DNA from: the human T2T-CHM13v2.0 reference genome, Homo sapiens
Length of the DNA stretch: 64,000 nt
Assembly (NCBI RefSeq): GCF_009914755.1
Contig: NC_060936.1
Strand: one strand, 5' to 3'
Position numbers and translations under genes: made by a program. Of the stretch, positions 32,469 to 52,430 are shown in pieces (position 1 is the stretch's first letter; every line of letters begins with the position of its first letter). The notes under the pieces were generated by a model. The model saw only the letters and a list, made by a program, of their open reading frames with translations, did not search any database and was not told the DNA's origin.

Positions 32469-34592
32469 TTTTAGTATTATTTTGCAGTTTCAAATCAAAA
32501 GTATTTTGTCTAATGTCCCTGGGTGACCTAGTACACGTTCTGCCACAGTTTTTGAGATGAAAGAACGAAAATTCTGTGATCAAAGAGAACATTTTAAAGA
32601 TAAAATGATATTAAATATACTAGTCAAAATTTTATTTCTTTTATCTTTTATATTATGAAGAATAATGGGTACGAAATTTCTGTTTATCAATTAACGTATC
32701 ATCCTGAATATGAACACAGAAAATATCAATTTTCTTTGCATTAAGAAGTCATGTAAGTAGAAGGAGAAAACAAAGTACTTATTACATAGCTAACTGGACT
32801 TACAGTCACATCTAATTTAAAGCAAATTTGCTCCATGCAATGGAATATACTAAAAGTAATATTGTGCAATTATAGCTACAGACATGATAGGAAATCATAA
32901 TACATTCTAAAAGTATATAGAAAAATGTCAGTTTACTTCAACTTATTTTAAACAAAAATTAGCCATGAAATGATTGCAGTACCTAAAAAGAATTTGCAAT
33001 CTGAACAAAATATAACTAGAAGCACGACTACCCTATATCTCCTATAAATACAGATTGAAGCTAGTTTTGTGATTTCAGCCAAAGATGCAGCTTCAGTAAC
33101 CTTGAAAAACATTGTTTCCTTTCTATTGGGCCTGGCTTTGTCAGGAGATACTCAGGAGGTGATGGTGAAAGGAGGTACCTGGTGGAGCCAGACGAGTCTG
33201 GTAAATCAGCTTTAACAAGCAGCCAGATGATAGATGTCAGTTGGGTGTCATGCCCAATTCTAGTTGCTGACAATTAGGAATTAGATTAAAATAGGAGTGT
33301 TTTCTCCTTCACCCTCCCTTTCTTAAAAGCAGCCATTTTCTGAGTAGTGTTAGTTCTTAGTTCTCAGTGGATTTGCAAATGCAGATCATGAGGCACCTCT
33401 AGCTTGGGCAGGATTGGTGTTATTTTGCTATTTCAAGTAAAAAACATGATGGTTAGTGTCCTTGGATAACCTCATATACTTTCATTGTTTTTCAAATCAG
33501 GTCCAGTGAAGGGCCAAGTTCTTCATAAATATCATGGCTAATTTTGGAAACCCATATGTTCAGTTAAGGTTTCTGAAACTGGAATAAATATGAATGGAGG
33601 ATTTATCAACATTTGGATATTTGCAATTTCAATTCTTGATTCTTTTTTGAAAATCTATTCTGGGTCTATATCTGAAATGTTTATCTCCTTTGGTGCTAGA
33701 TCCAGAGTACAATTTTTGAAAACTTTAAATCAAGGGTGGAACAATAAATTCACTTGCTCTTAAGACTTTAGGGGTTGTTTTAGCTGCCAAGAGAGCATTG
33801 CCTGTGTGCTGCGAAAAATACGAGAGCCACAGAATGGCCAAATTATTGCTTTTACTCAGGCAGAGTGAAGAAAATGGCCCTGTGACAGACATTTCCAGTT
33901 TCCTGTACATAGAAATGGGGAAACAGTTGTGAAAAAAAAAAAAAGCCAGCTGGGGTTCTTGACACACAGTTCATGCTAATTTTAAATTGTACTAATACTT
34001 GACTATATAGTGAGGGATCCTTTGCAGGATGATGATCTGTTGAAGACTCAGCAGGCCACTGTGGGGAGAGGGAGAGAGGCTGTCAGAACCTTCCCCTCCA
34101 GAGGCCTTTTAATGGATACTGAATTCAGAATTGACCTCACAGAATCTGATCATTACTGATGCAAGAGCAAAGTCAACATCATCTGCAAAGATAATTTCTC
34201 ATCTATTCATGAGTACCTGTGCTTATCACCACATCTGGAAATCTGACTACTCAAATAAGAATTTCTGTCGAGAGACTGAACAAGCCAGGCACCAGGAATA
34301 TTTTACTCTGTATGTACAGATGGACATCGATACTGGAATATTTCTGTCTCACTGATGCTTAGGGACCATCTTTTGATTTTGATCCGTGTCAAGATTCTAA
34401 GGCAGTTTAACTAAGACATGGGTTTTCAGTGTTTTTTTTGTTTTTGTTTTTGTTTTAATTTCTGTTTCTGTGAGTGTAATTTAGGGAGGAGTACCAGCTT
34501 GTTTTTTATAAGTTGTTTCTTACAATGATTAACACATAATCTTTTCTGCCTTAAGGTTTATAACAAATGTGAAACTAAGTTTCACAGGTTAA

Positions 34593-34949
<357 letters not shown>

Positions 34950-35530
34950 TACCGTGACATTTTAAATTTCAAAATGTAATAAAATCACAAGTTATGCCAG
35001 AAAGCCACCGTACTTCTCATTGAATATAGTATCTCCTTGGTGTTCATGTCCTTATGTTCTTATATAACTCTGTGTGCCAGTGTTTCACCAAATCTATCAA
35101 CTCTTTTAAGGCAGAGACTACATTTATTTATTTTTTAACTTTTTGTTTGAAATAACAAAACTTTCTGATAACTTCAGACTTAGAAAAAAGTTGCCCCAAA
35201 ATACTACACTGATTTTCATGTACCCTTGATACAGCTTCCCCAGATGTTACCATCTTACATAATCATAGTACAGTGAAGGAAACAGAAATTGACGTTGATA
35301 CAATAGCATCACTAACTAACCTAAATAACTTATTTCAGTTTGCCGATTGTCCTACTAGTGTCCTTTTTAAAGTCCAGGATCCAATCTAGAATCCCATACA
35401 ACACTTACTTGTCACGTCTTGTTAGTCTCATCTAGTCCGGAGGAGTCTTTCTATAATTTTCACGACTTAATACTTTTGAAGAGTCCCGACCAGTGATTTT
35501 GTACAATGTCCCCAGTTTGGGTTTGTCTGA

Positions 35531-36160
<630 letters not shown>

Positions 36161-37157
36161 TAACAGTTATTAGTGTTTGCTAAATGCTGATATATTTTAT
36201 TTCCATCATTCCTTCTATATTATTGTAATTCTACTGTAAGGAAGAGCTGTTCTTTCTTCTGCTATTTATTGATTTATTATGTTAATGTGGATATATAATT
36301 AGTTACTATAATTTTTTTCTCAAAATATCTCAGATTTGGCCATTGGAAGCCCCTTCAGACAGGCTCCTGTCTCCTTTTGACATATCCTCATCATCTTTTA
36401 AATGCATGTTGTAACTCTGGCATCACAAGATGTGTCTGGCTTATTTTGCTCCAGCCCTAGAATCAGTAACTTCTCCAAAGACCCTAGTTCTTTTTACTGT
36501 AGACTGGTATTTAGAAACAAAATCTGGGTGCTGGATATGCTCATTGCTACTGGTATATCATTGCTTCTAGGCCCTCTCAGCTTACAGTGCTAGGAAATAA
36601 TGTGTCTGTATATCCAGACACATGTTTCTCTCTCCCTCTCTCTCCATATCTATATGCCTATGACTATCTACCTATTAAAAACAATAAGTTTATCTACTTA
36701 TTAATACTTCCACTTACAATTCAATACCACTAGTTTCCTTTTAGATATCTCTTTCCTTACTCGTGGCTTTTTCTCCAACAGTTAGAAACCTGGCATTCAT
36801 TATCTACAATATATTTACTTATTTGCTCAACCCTAGTATATATGTAAAGAAGTTTCAGAACTGTGATTTCCATAATCTCTATGAGAAACAAGTTTACCAA
36901 CAAGACTATATAGCATCCAGGTGCAGTCCTTTTTGTCTTTAGTCTTAAGGTATATAATAAAAGTACTGGTTTCCAAAATTAGGTTAGATATTTTCTTTCT
37001 TACCTCTTTCATGGTGGCTGTTGTTTTTTACTTGTAATACAGCTAGGTTCTTTTGTTACTGTTCGTGTTCCATTTTGGGTTCCCCCAACACCGAGAGGTT
37101 GGTTTTAATTATTCTTTATTAGGGGGATGTGAAACATGATTATTGTTCTCAGAGTCA

Positions 37158-37526
<369 letters not shown>

Positions 37527-37894
37527 TCAGTCTCCCATTCTTCCCATCTACCCCGTAAGTGACCAGTTTAGTTTCTACTTTTTTCTTCTGTATTTCTTTT
37601 TGCACAAATAAACAGGCACATATATGTTTTCTTATACAGAGATGATATTCAGTGTCTTTTTTTGTGTGGTACTGGGCAATTTAAATGCTGTTTGGTAATT
37701 TTAACTCTTAAGGATACTGTTTATAATTGATCTGTCCTTAATGCCAATGTATTAGAAAGCACACTAAATGATTGTTTTCTTTTTTGTAAAATATTTGTGA
37801 GATTTTTTAAAAAATGAAGGTGACATGAATTTTGATGGGCTTATTAACACTGAACTATTTCTTGATAAGAGTTGTCTAAAAAAATGAGAACATA

Positions 37895-38242
<348 letters not shown>

Positions 38243-38473
38243 TTAATGCATTACATCTTTTTTTCACAAGATATTTTAAAATTTTATTTTTCCTTATTAA
38301 GCGAATTGAATTATTTCAAGCATCAGTGAGAGCTGCTAGACTGTTATATTTCGGGGGTCTTGCAGGGTAGCTTTTCTTACACATATAAGCAGAAGAAAAC
38401 ATTTTCCCAAGTCTTAAAAGAGGGTTATGATGCATTTCATTGTGTACTCTTTTTCTTCCCATATACTCTGCAG

Positions 38474-38686
38474 GCATTTGGGCAGTCCTTCTCCATCCAC
38501 CGGAAGGTTGCTGAAGATGGAGAGACTCGGGAGGAAACGCTTCTGCAGGAGTCAGCATCGAAGGAGGCTTACTATCTGGGGAAGATCTTGGAGATGCAGA
38601 ACGAGCTGAAACAGAGCCGGGCTGTGGTCACTAATGTACAGGCAGAAAACGAGAGGCTCACCGCAGTCGTGCAGGATCTGAAGGAG
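38474..38686 (+). CDS. BICD1: BICD1 coding exon (exon 2), N-terminal coiled coil CC1 of the dynein adaptor Bicaudal D1
   Basis: Translates to [71 protein letters not shown], matching recalled BICD1. Acceptor ctctttttcttcccatatactctgcag, donor GAG|gtaaat. 213 nt, phase 0/0. Confidence 0.97.
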
Positions 38687-39954
38687 GTAAATAAACAAAT
38701 TCCCTATGAGAGATTTGTGAGAGGGAGAAATAAGAAAGTTCTCTCCATAGCAGAGAGGAATAACACTTTTGTTTTAATCAGAGGAGCTGTATTAAGCACG
38801 AAACTACTAATACTGAGCTAGCAACTTTTCTTTTTTAGTGAAATGATAGCTAGCTTGTTCTGAGATGAGCTTTTCTCTCTTTTATTGTTTCTTGAAAATT
38901 AAGTTTTGTATGTATTGCGGACTTCGGAATTGGCCTTACTATTTCTGCAAAGGTATTTTAAAAATACAGTGACCTTAGCACTTCCTCCCTGCATTAGCTG
39001 GTTTAATACAATGTGGAGAAGAACGGTTGGCTGTAATGCTCTGTATCTGCCTGATTTCCAGCTGACAGTGGTGTTGGCTCAGGACACTGCTCATAGGGAA
39101 TGACAGCCTAGGCGAGTGTCCTGAGAAGTCTTTGAGTCTGGTGATGCAGATCCCCAAAGGATTTTTCTGGTTATAGAGAAGGCAGCAAATTATGGCTGGT
39201 ATGAATTAGGTCAGGGAGTCTCTCTTGCTCTGTGAGTGTTGAGCATCCACCAAACTCAGTATTCCTTGTTAGCTTTTCCAAGGCAGCATCACCTGCCATA
39301 TCATTTTCAAACTGGCAGAGTCATCCTTTAGTGGAGGGGTGATGTTGGAAACAGAGATAGCCAAAAGTAGCTTCATCCATCAAACCCCTGTAAGAACATT
39401 TTTGGAAGCTATATTCAATCATTCACTCCGTATTTTGATATGAAAGCTATAGAAGAGACGCAGACGTCCTCTAACTCCTACACCAATGCAGTGATCATTG
39501 ACAGGTCCACAACCAAGTGGGCTCACTAGTTGAGCATTTTAGGGATAGAAATATGTAGGATGAAAATATTCTTCAATATTGTAAAGTATAAGACAAGCAA
39601 TCCACATTTGAAATAAGTGACATATTACAAATAGGGCTTCACTATTATAAGATATAAGTTGTCCAGAATTTATTGGAATTTTCTAGATAATTTACGTTTA
39701 CACATGTCCATATTACAATGAACTAAATGAATACTGACAGCAAGGTCACTTATGAGATAAGGTTTACTTATCTCGTTATCTTTGGATATGCCCAAATATA
39801 GCAATATGACTTGTGAAGACAGAGAAAGGATCTAATGAAGTGGAAGTTAGTGTTGAGTACTAAGAAGAAGATGAGACAGTTTTCAGGATACCAGGACCTC
39901 CTCATTTCCCTCCAACGTGAACAACTGTTAAAAACAGAGCTACTCTCTGGTTCC

Positions 39955-40011
39955 TTCTTTCTGAGACAGGGTGTCACTCTATTGCCCAATCTGGAGTGCA
40001 GTGGCACAATC
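39955..40011 (-). mobile_element. Short Alu 3' fragment
   Basis: tgagacagggtgtcactctattgcccaatctggagtgcagtggcacaatc. Confidence 0.8.
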
Positions 40012-40534
40012 CAGCATCCATTGCAGAAGTGGACAGAGGGTCATGTGGAGCCAAAGCCCACCATTCTGGATTAAGGAAGTCACCAAACATTTGCAGGGAG
40101 CAACCTCAGCAGCCGTGAGCAGCAGGGTCATGTGCAAGTTGGCAGAGAGGATGTGGCATGGGCAACGTGAGGACCGTGTGCACACGCATGCAGGTGGTTT
40201 ATGGAGAAGAATGTGACCAATGAGTCGAGTATTCTTGATGGCCAGTTGGATGGATCCTCTGAAAGCTGCAATCCCCATTGTGTGTAGCAGCTGCAGCTGA
40301 GCCAAGAACAGCCAAGGTTGAGGATGGGGCAGGGAATCCACAGATGCTTTTCTGTGTGAGTCAACGTGGTGATGATTAATGGAGCATCCTCACTTACACA
40401 GCCACGCTTGAAGGCAGTTCCAATGAGTAGATTTATGATGCATGGCAGAAGTTAATTAATTAAGCATGAAGTTACAAGTTAGGAATGAATGGAGGCAGCA
40501 AAAGAAAAAAAATTTGAGGGGCCTTTCATTCAGA

Positions 40535-40716
40535 TCAGTTCTCAAACTTGAAGGAGCATCTGAATCACCTGGAGAACTCATCAGACCATGAACACGGGGC
40601 CCCCTCGCAGAGATTCTGATTCAGTAGATCGAGGTAGGACCCAATAATTTGCATTTCTAACAAGTTCCCAGGTGATGTGGGGGCTGCTGCTCTGGAAACC
40701 ACATATTAAGAACCAC
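40535..40716. mobile_element. MER5A (hAT-Charlie MITE)
   Basis: cagttctcaaactt..gaatcacctggag..tctgattcagtag..ttaagaaccact. Confidence 0.8.
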
Positions 40717-42057
40717 TAATTTAGATTTTTTGGCCTGCCCAAAGCTGAGGAAGGCTCACAATTGGGACATTGCTATAAGCACCATGATCTCCTGAATAAA
40801 TCAATTGGTTGTGATTCTTCAATTTTTATGCATTTTACATAGTAGATTTGCAGTAAGAGAATAACTTGTTATATCCACATTTAGGTATTTTTGATCTAAA
40901 ACAGCTTGAGGCACTTTAGCCTATGAATGTGTTTATTCAGATTTGTCAGGTAACTAAAAGAAAAAAAAGATCTTGTGTTTCTTTGTCTTCTATGTGTGCC
41001 AATAATGTATTTGTTAATGTTCTTTCTGATGAGTGAGAGCTGGTGATATTACTATAACCCTGAGTTTTTGTTTTTGTTTTTAATCCAGCAGATACATTTT
41101 ATTTTGCTGTACCTAAGAGAATTATTATTAACATTTAGAGCTAACATAAAAGGAGAATAGGAATAAATTCTATTTTTTGGTGTATTGATACACACTTTTA
41201 ATGGTTGGTATTAAGTTGAAATCTCAGATTTGATTTCCTTTTAGGCTCAGTTTTATTTTTTGTACTATAAGCATTAACTGATGTACAGTGATTGGAAGAG
41301 AGATCATGTAACTTAGAACAGTTATGACATGATGGACCATGAGAAATATACAAGGATAACCAACCCAAAATATAGTAAATGATCAGTTTGACAGATGCTG
41401 TGTCTCTAAGAACTTAATTAATGGGATAATTTTTCTTTACTGAAAGGACTCATTTCCTGTTTTAGTAGGATTGTTGGTCCTGGCAAAGGTGTGTGTGCGT
41501 GCATATATGTTGGGTGCATCGTGAAAGATTTACCCATGTGTGTGTGATTACAATGTCAAATTCTCTTCCATAAATAGTAGTTACAGGATAGTATGGTGGA
41601 AAATGGAAAAATTGCTGAATTAGGTATTAGAAAATCAATATTCTAGTCAGCTCTGCTGAAAGTTTTAGTATTAAATTCATGATATTTGTAAAATTTATGT
41701 TAAGATTATATTGATATAGAGTACATACATAAACATAAGCAATTATCATTAATAATGTTCTGCATACTCCAAAAATATCATTGACGATATGACTCATTAT
41801 GTAGATCTATATTCTTAGGGTAAAGAAACATGAGATAAATATCTCTGAATTTATCACCTCAAAAATTCTTTCTCTTGTGATATGAATCAGGCAGTAGAAT
41901 TACACATTTTTATTTCTGCCTTGACTGTTAAGAAGCTCTGCGGCTATGCTTAAGTATAAAAAAACTAACCTAGATTTTTTTCATCTAATTCTCACTTTTA
42001 AACGTTTTGATTAGCCTTATTGTATATATGTTTTTAATGGTAAACTGCTTTAAATAA

Positions 42058-43507
<1,450 letters not shown>

Positions 43508-43615
43508 TGTAAAATGCTTCCAACAGTGCCTGACATGTGGCAAAACAAATTAATAAACGTTATCTGTATCACAAAAAATAAAAAAATAAATAAATAAATA
43601 AATAAAAATAAATAA
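43508..43615 (+). other. L1 3'-transduced segment (MIR-like) with AATAAA and second A-rich tail
   Basis: 65 nt of non-L1 sequence between two A tails, inside the L1 TSD. AATAAA at 43552-43557. Confidence 0.85.
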
Positions 43616-43628
43616 AAATAATTTTATA

Positions 43629-43928
43629 GGCCGGGCATGGTGGCTCATGCCTGTAATCCCAGCCCTTTGGGAGGCCGAGGCGGCTGGATCACAAGGTCGT
43701 GAGTTCAAGATCAGCCTGGCCAAGATGGTGAAATCCCGTCTCTACTAAAAATACAAAAAATTTAGCTGGGTGTGGTGGTGGGTGCCTGTCCCTAGATGCT
43801 TGGGAGTTTGAGGCAGAGAATTGCTTGAACCCGGGAGGCAGAGGTTGCAGTGAGCCAAGATTGCGCCACTGTACTCCAGCCTGGCGACAGAGCGAGACTC
43901 TGTCTCAAAAAATAATAATGATAATAAT
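43629..43928 (+). mobile_element. Alu
   Basis: TSD aataattttata (43617-28, 43929-40). Confidence 0.95.
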
Positions 43929-44534
43929 AATAATTTTATAAAATACAGGGAGTATAAACAAAAACTGATCACCCAAATTGGAGAACCAAATTAATAGTTA
44001 ATCTTAACCTAATTAGGAGTTAATCCTACAGGGCCAATAATAGGCAGAGTGAAGAAATCTCTGAGTTCTCTTGACCCAGCATTATTTTTGGTAAGAGCAT
44101 AAAGAAAGCAGATTGCTATAGGATTTAAATAGATATTTAGTAAACAAGTTTGAATTTCATTTTTTCTATCTTCAACCTGTAGGTATAATATACTAGAAGA
44201 TAGCCTAAAATTTGGGTAATATTTACTTTTATACTTATTTATACTAAACTAAACTAAAATCCACATTAATGAAATCATAAAATAGGATAATGAAACTTAA
44301 TACTACTTAATTCTCCCAATTACTAGCTAATGTCTCAAATATAAGATATGTTAGAATTAACTGCAATATTTACAAAGTATACAAAGCAATTATGCAGCAT
44401 TCCTAACCAGAATTGGTATATATGGGATAAAAAGATGTCACATAAGATAGGCCCCTTCAGGTGGAATGCAGAAGATTGGAGTTATCAAATGAATTATCGA
44501 CCTTAGTAGAGATTAAGCCTATAATTTAAAGTGA

Positions 44535-44765
44535 AAATAACAACATTTATTGAGTGCCAGACACTGTTCTAAATACCTTACGTGCCTTAACTGCTGAATC
44601 TTTCTAACAACCCTACTGAGGCAGTTCCTATTATATTATACCCCTATTTTACTGATGGGGCACGTGGATCAAAGAGAGGTCAGATCATTTGTCCAGAGCA
44701 CATGGGTACCAAGTGACAGGCCATGATCTGAACTCAGGAACACTGGCTCTGATGTGCCATTCTTT
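44535..44765 (-). mobile_element. MIR remnant
   Basis: acatttattgagtgcc..attatacccctattttactgatg. Confidence 0.7.
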
Positions 44766-44867
44766 GCCATGTCACCGTAGCTGCCAAGAGCATAGGTTTC
44801 CCTCTTCCGAACCCTGCCTCAAGCAATGAAATTTCTAGAAAAGTATATGAAGTTTTAATACGATAGC

Positions 44868-45190
44868 TGCTATGGTCTGAATGTGCCCCTTTTAAATTCA
44901 TGCACTGAAACTTAATCATCAATGTGATAATATTAAGAAGTCGGGCCCTTAGGAGGTGAATGAGATTAGCGAGTTTATATGAGGGCTGGAGGGAGCTAGC
45001 TAGGCCTTTTGGCCCTTTTGTCCTTTCCAGCGTATGAGGACAAGGCATTCATCCTCTCCGGAGGACACAGCAACAAGGTGCCATCTTGGACGCAGAGAGC
45101 AGCTCTCACCAGACACTGAACCTGCCAGCACCTTAATCTTAGATCTTCAGCCTCCAGAACTGTGATCAATAAATTTGTGTGTTTTTATAA
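44868..45190 (+). mobile_element. MaLR LTR (MST/MLT1A-like)
   Basis: tgctatggtctgaatgtg.. through cttcagcctccagaactgtga..aataaatt. Confidence 0.8.
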
Positions 45191-45199
45191 ATTCTAATG

Positions 45200-46272
45200 C
45201 AAGGTTTCTTCTATAAGGTTATTTTGTCTATGTTGAAAATCTATGTTTTAGTTTAGTTTACCTTTATCAATGATCTTAGCTAGATCTGCTGGATCACTTG
45301 CTGCATTCAGTTAAAGACATCAGCACTTGCTACTTCACCTTGCACTTTATGTTATGGAGATGGCTTCTTTCCTTCGACCTCATAAACTAACCTCTGCTGG
45401 TTTCAAACTTTTCTTTTGCAGCATTCTCACCTCTCTCAGCCTTCATAGAATTGAAGAGAGGCATCCGGGTGTGGTAGCTCACGCCTGTAATTCCAGCACT
45501 TTGGGAGGCCAAGGCAAGTGGACCATCTGAGGTCAAGAGTTCGAGACCAGGCTGGCCAACATGGTGAAACCCCGTCTCTACTAAAAATACAAAAATTAGC
45601 TGGGCATGGTGGCGAATGCCCGTAGTCCCAGCTACTCGGGAGGCTGAGGCGGAGAATCGCTTGAACGTGAGAGGCAGGTGTTGCAGTGAGCCAAGATCGC
45701 GCCACTGCACTGGAGCCTGAGTAACAGAAAGAGACTTTGTCTCAAAAAAAAAAAAAAAAAAAAGAATCAAAGAGAGCCCTTGCTCTGGATTAGGCTTTGG
45801 CTGGTTTGATCTTCTATCCAGACCTTTCTTCATGTCAGAAATGAGACTGTTTCGCTTTCTTATCATTCATGTGTCAATGGAGTAGCACTTTTAATTTTCT
45901 TCAAGAACTTTTCCTTTGCATTCACAATTTGGCTAACTTAGCTAACTTAACTTGGCTAATTTGGCATATGCTTAATCATTTCTTCCTTTCCTTGAAAGTA
46001 CGATTCTTTCACTTGGACACTTTGAGGCCACTGTGGGGTTACTAATTGGCCTAATTTCAATATTGTCTTATGTCAGGGAATAGGAAGGCCCAAGGAGAAA
46101 GAGATGGGGAATGGCTGGTCAGTGGAGTAGTCAGAACACACATGTTTATGGGTTAAGTTTGCTGTCTTATATGGATGTGGTTCATGTCAATATAACAGAT
46201 AAAATAATAATGAAAAAGCTTGAAATATTGCAAGAATTACCAAAATGTGACACAGACACACAAAGTGAGCAC
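45200..46272 (-). mobile_element. Tigger1 fragment (5' part), interrupted by Alu
   Basis: Reverse-complement similarity to 13740-15020 and 57850-59660. Confidence 0.85.
45462..45762 (+). mobile_element. Alu
   Basis: Inside the Tigger1 fragment. Confidence 0.95.
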
Positions 46273-46902
46273 ATTTAATGTATCCAGTAAAAACCAAAGT
46301 GTTTCTTACAGTCTCTGATGTTTCCTTCTGAGTAATTGGTCATTGGGAGCTGTGGTTACACATAGCTGAGTGAAGCGGACACTTCTGTGAAGGCATGGCT
46401 TGGCTCTTGCTGGGAAGTTTTCTGTTTCCTGGCCTGTTCCTGTCTCTCTTCTCCTCTCCATACTTGTTGGGAATGGACCTCATACCTCTCTGGAATGATG
46501 CAGTGCACCAAACAGTGAAGAACTGTTGTTGTTTTTAACTGATTTACATAACTGATAATAATATCATAGCTAACATTTATTGAGCTCACCATATGCCAGG
46601 TATGAAGCTTAGCACTTTACTACGTTCATTATTGCATTTAATTCTCTCAACAAACTTGCAGCGCATATGCGATTCCACAGGAGAGAGCTCTATTTCTTTT
46701 GGTTGAAAAGTTCTTTCTAATACTTGCTGAGCTACAGTAAACAAATATGTCTATTAATGCCATTGGGAATTTGGAAGCAAAGTCTTAACAAAATATAGAC
46801 AATTCATTTTTGAATAATTGTGATTTGATTATGCTTTTGGGGAATATCAGATTAACAAAGTGGGTTTGTTTGTAAGGATTAGTTTGCAATTCAGGCTCAT
46901 AG

Positions 46903-47218
<316 letters not shown>

Positions 47219-47219
47219 A

Positions 47220-48659
<1,440 letters not shown>

Positions 48660-48660
48660 T

Positions 48661-50420
48661 ATTTTTAAATTTTATATTAATATATTAACTGGATTTTTGT
48701 CAAATAGAGAATTATCTTTAAATAACCATCTCCTCACTTCACACTTAGTCTGGGAAAAAATGAGAGCAAATTTCTGTGCATCCAGGGAGCATATCACCAA
48801 CCAGGCATGAAGCTTAAAGGGAGAGTGCAGGCTGAGTGGCCAGCAGGCCATGGGCATCCCACAGGGCCAGGCCAGGACCCAGGCTTCAGCGACCCTTCTC
48901 CCAGCCCACCTAGTGGCCCTCAAATCCATGATGGGACAGACATGCATTCTCCTGTCCCAGTTGAGAAGCCCCTTCTAGATGGAAGGGAGAGGAGAAAAGC
49001 CATAGGAAAGAAATCCCAGAAACACTAGCAGGTAAGTACAGGGGCTTCCTCCCCAGCTGCGGTGACCTTGCTCCTGATAACACCCAACCCCTGGAGCTCT
49101 TCGCCAGTGTGCCTGGGGCTGGAGCCTGGCGGGGAAGGGAATGTGGGCTCACAGTTTCTGGATGTTGGCCTCCCACAGCTTGGCACAGACCAGGGGAAGG
49201 CATGTGAGGAGGGCCTGGGGAGGTCCTCGGGGAAGATAACACAGCTCAGGAGGTTGAGTGTAAAGTGGCTGCCAGACCAAGGGAGCTGGATGGACTGTGA
49301 AGGAGGAGGTGGCTGGAGAGCCTCCTCCATGTAAAGCTACTAGAGCAAAAATAGAACAAGGGGGGACACCCGTGCCCCAGAGGACAGCCCTAAAGATGGT
49401 AACGGGGAGCACGGCTGAGCAGCGCCCTGGATTCTGAGCTAGTGTGGAAAGCTGGGGGCCAGGGGCCTCTCTCTTCCTTCATCACCAGTTGCTGGTAACT
49501 TTACAGTCAGATTTGGAGGAGGAACAAGGCCCTCCATCGCCTCCCCTAGCCTCTGATGCTGCCCCAAGGGGAGGGGTAAGAATGGGCAAAGAGGGTGGGA
49601 AACAGGGAGGTGGGAGGGAGTCTACTGGGTCTTCTTATTTTCAGAGGAGGGGGCTGTAATAGTGTAGTGGCAGAGGCTGGTTCCTAGGTATGTAGGTGTT
49701 GTGTGGGTTGCCTGGCACTGACAACTGCTTCTGTGGCTCTGGCTTTGGCTGCCAGAGCAGAGGGGCCAATGGGGCCACTGACCAGAGGTTCCATGAGCCC
49801 AGATAGGGCAGTGGCAGGGATTGCAGGCATCCCATAGCTCCATCCATCATGGGAGGTCCTGGATAGAACTCAGATGGGGACTGTGGATTGGGGTAGCCAG
49901 GAGGGCAAAGGTACATTCCATTGGCAACTGGCAGAGGAAAGACATAGGCTCTGTTGGGTATGTAAGAGTACCCGTAGCCTCCATTGGGGGCCTCGCCCCT
50001 GGAGGCTTGAAATGCCACCTGGAGCATTCATTGTCCAAACTGCTGTAAGGTTAACTTGTATGAACCCCAGCCCTCCCAGCCATCTCCCGCTTCACCCTTC
50101 ACTGTTCTTTTGAAGTAGTTGGCAGCAAACAGGCTAGTTGATCTCACAGTCCTTCATCAGGTGAAAAGGCATCACGAAGGCTTCATGGAGTTCTTCTTCT
50201 TGGACAGAAAGATGATCGGTAAGGGGTAAGGTAGACGATGCCTTTCTTGGTCCCTTTGAAGGACTCTGGCACATTCTTCTTGTCATTGAATGTAAGTTCC
50301 ACATGGACGTAGGACATTAGGATGTTCTTGGTGTTCTTGATCACTCTGCCACCCTTTGAGTGATTCTTGTTGAGCACGATAGTCTCTTGGAAAGGGGTCC
50401 TAAGACTCTCGATGCAGGGC
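48661..50420 (-). pseudogene. Processed WBP2 pseudogene (5'UTR remnant, disrupted CDS ~50380-49622, long 3'UTR)
   Basis: Minus-strand fragments [81 protein letters not shown] and ENKKTQ* are WBP2-like. Intronless, start ATG changed to ATC at 50380-50378, frameshifts present. Confidence 0.93.
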
Positions 50421-50642
50421 CTTGAGTTCGTTTTTGCATAAAGGAGTTGGTTTAGATTGAGGTTCCTTTTTTTGGCATATAAATGTCCAATTGTCCATTT
50501 GTTGAAAAGACTACTCTTTCTCCATTGACTTGCCTTTGCACTTTTGTCAAAATTTATTGGCCATGTTTGTGTAGGTCTATTTCTGGAATCTGTATTCTGC
50601 TCTATTGATCTGTGTGTCTATCCTTTCACCAATACACACTGT
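50421..50642 (-). mobile_element. Old L1M ORF2 fragment (right piece)
   Basis: ccatttgttgaaaagactactctttctccattg..tctatttctgga..ctattgatctgtgtgtct. Confidence 0.75.
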
Positions 50643-50644
50643 CA

Positions 50645-52430
<1,786 letters not shown>

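Noticed and set aside
38360-38821. 153-aa ORF as a stand-alone gene
   Set aside because: Only 38474-38686 is exonic; the flanks are intronic read-through beyond the splice sites.
44160-44188. Second possible recursive site (..cctgtag|gtataa); also 40948 cag|gtaact
   Set aside because: Weak donor or weak polypyrimidine tract; expected by chance.
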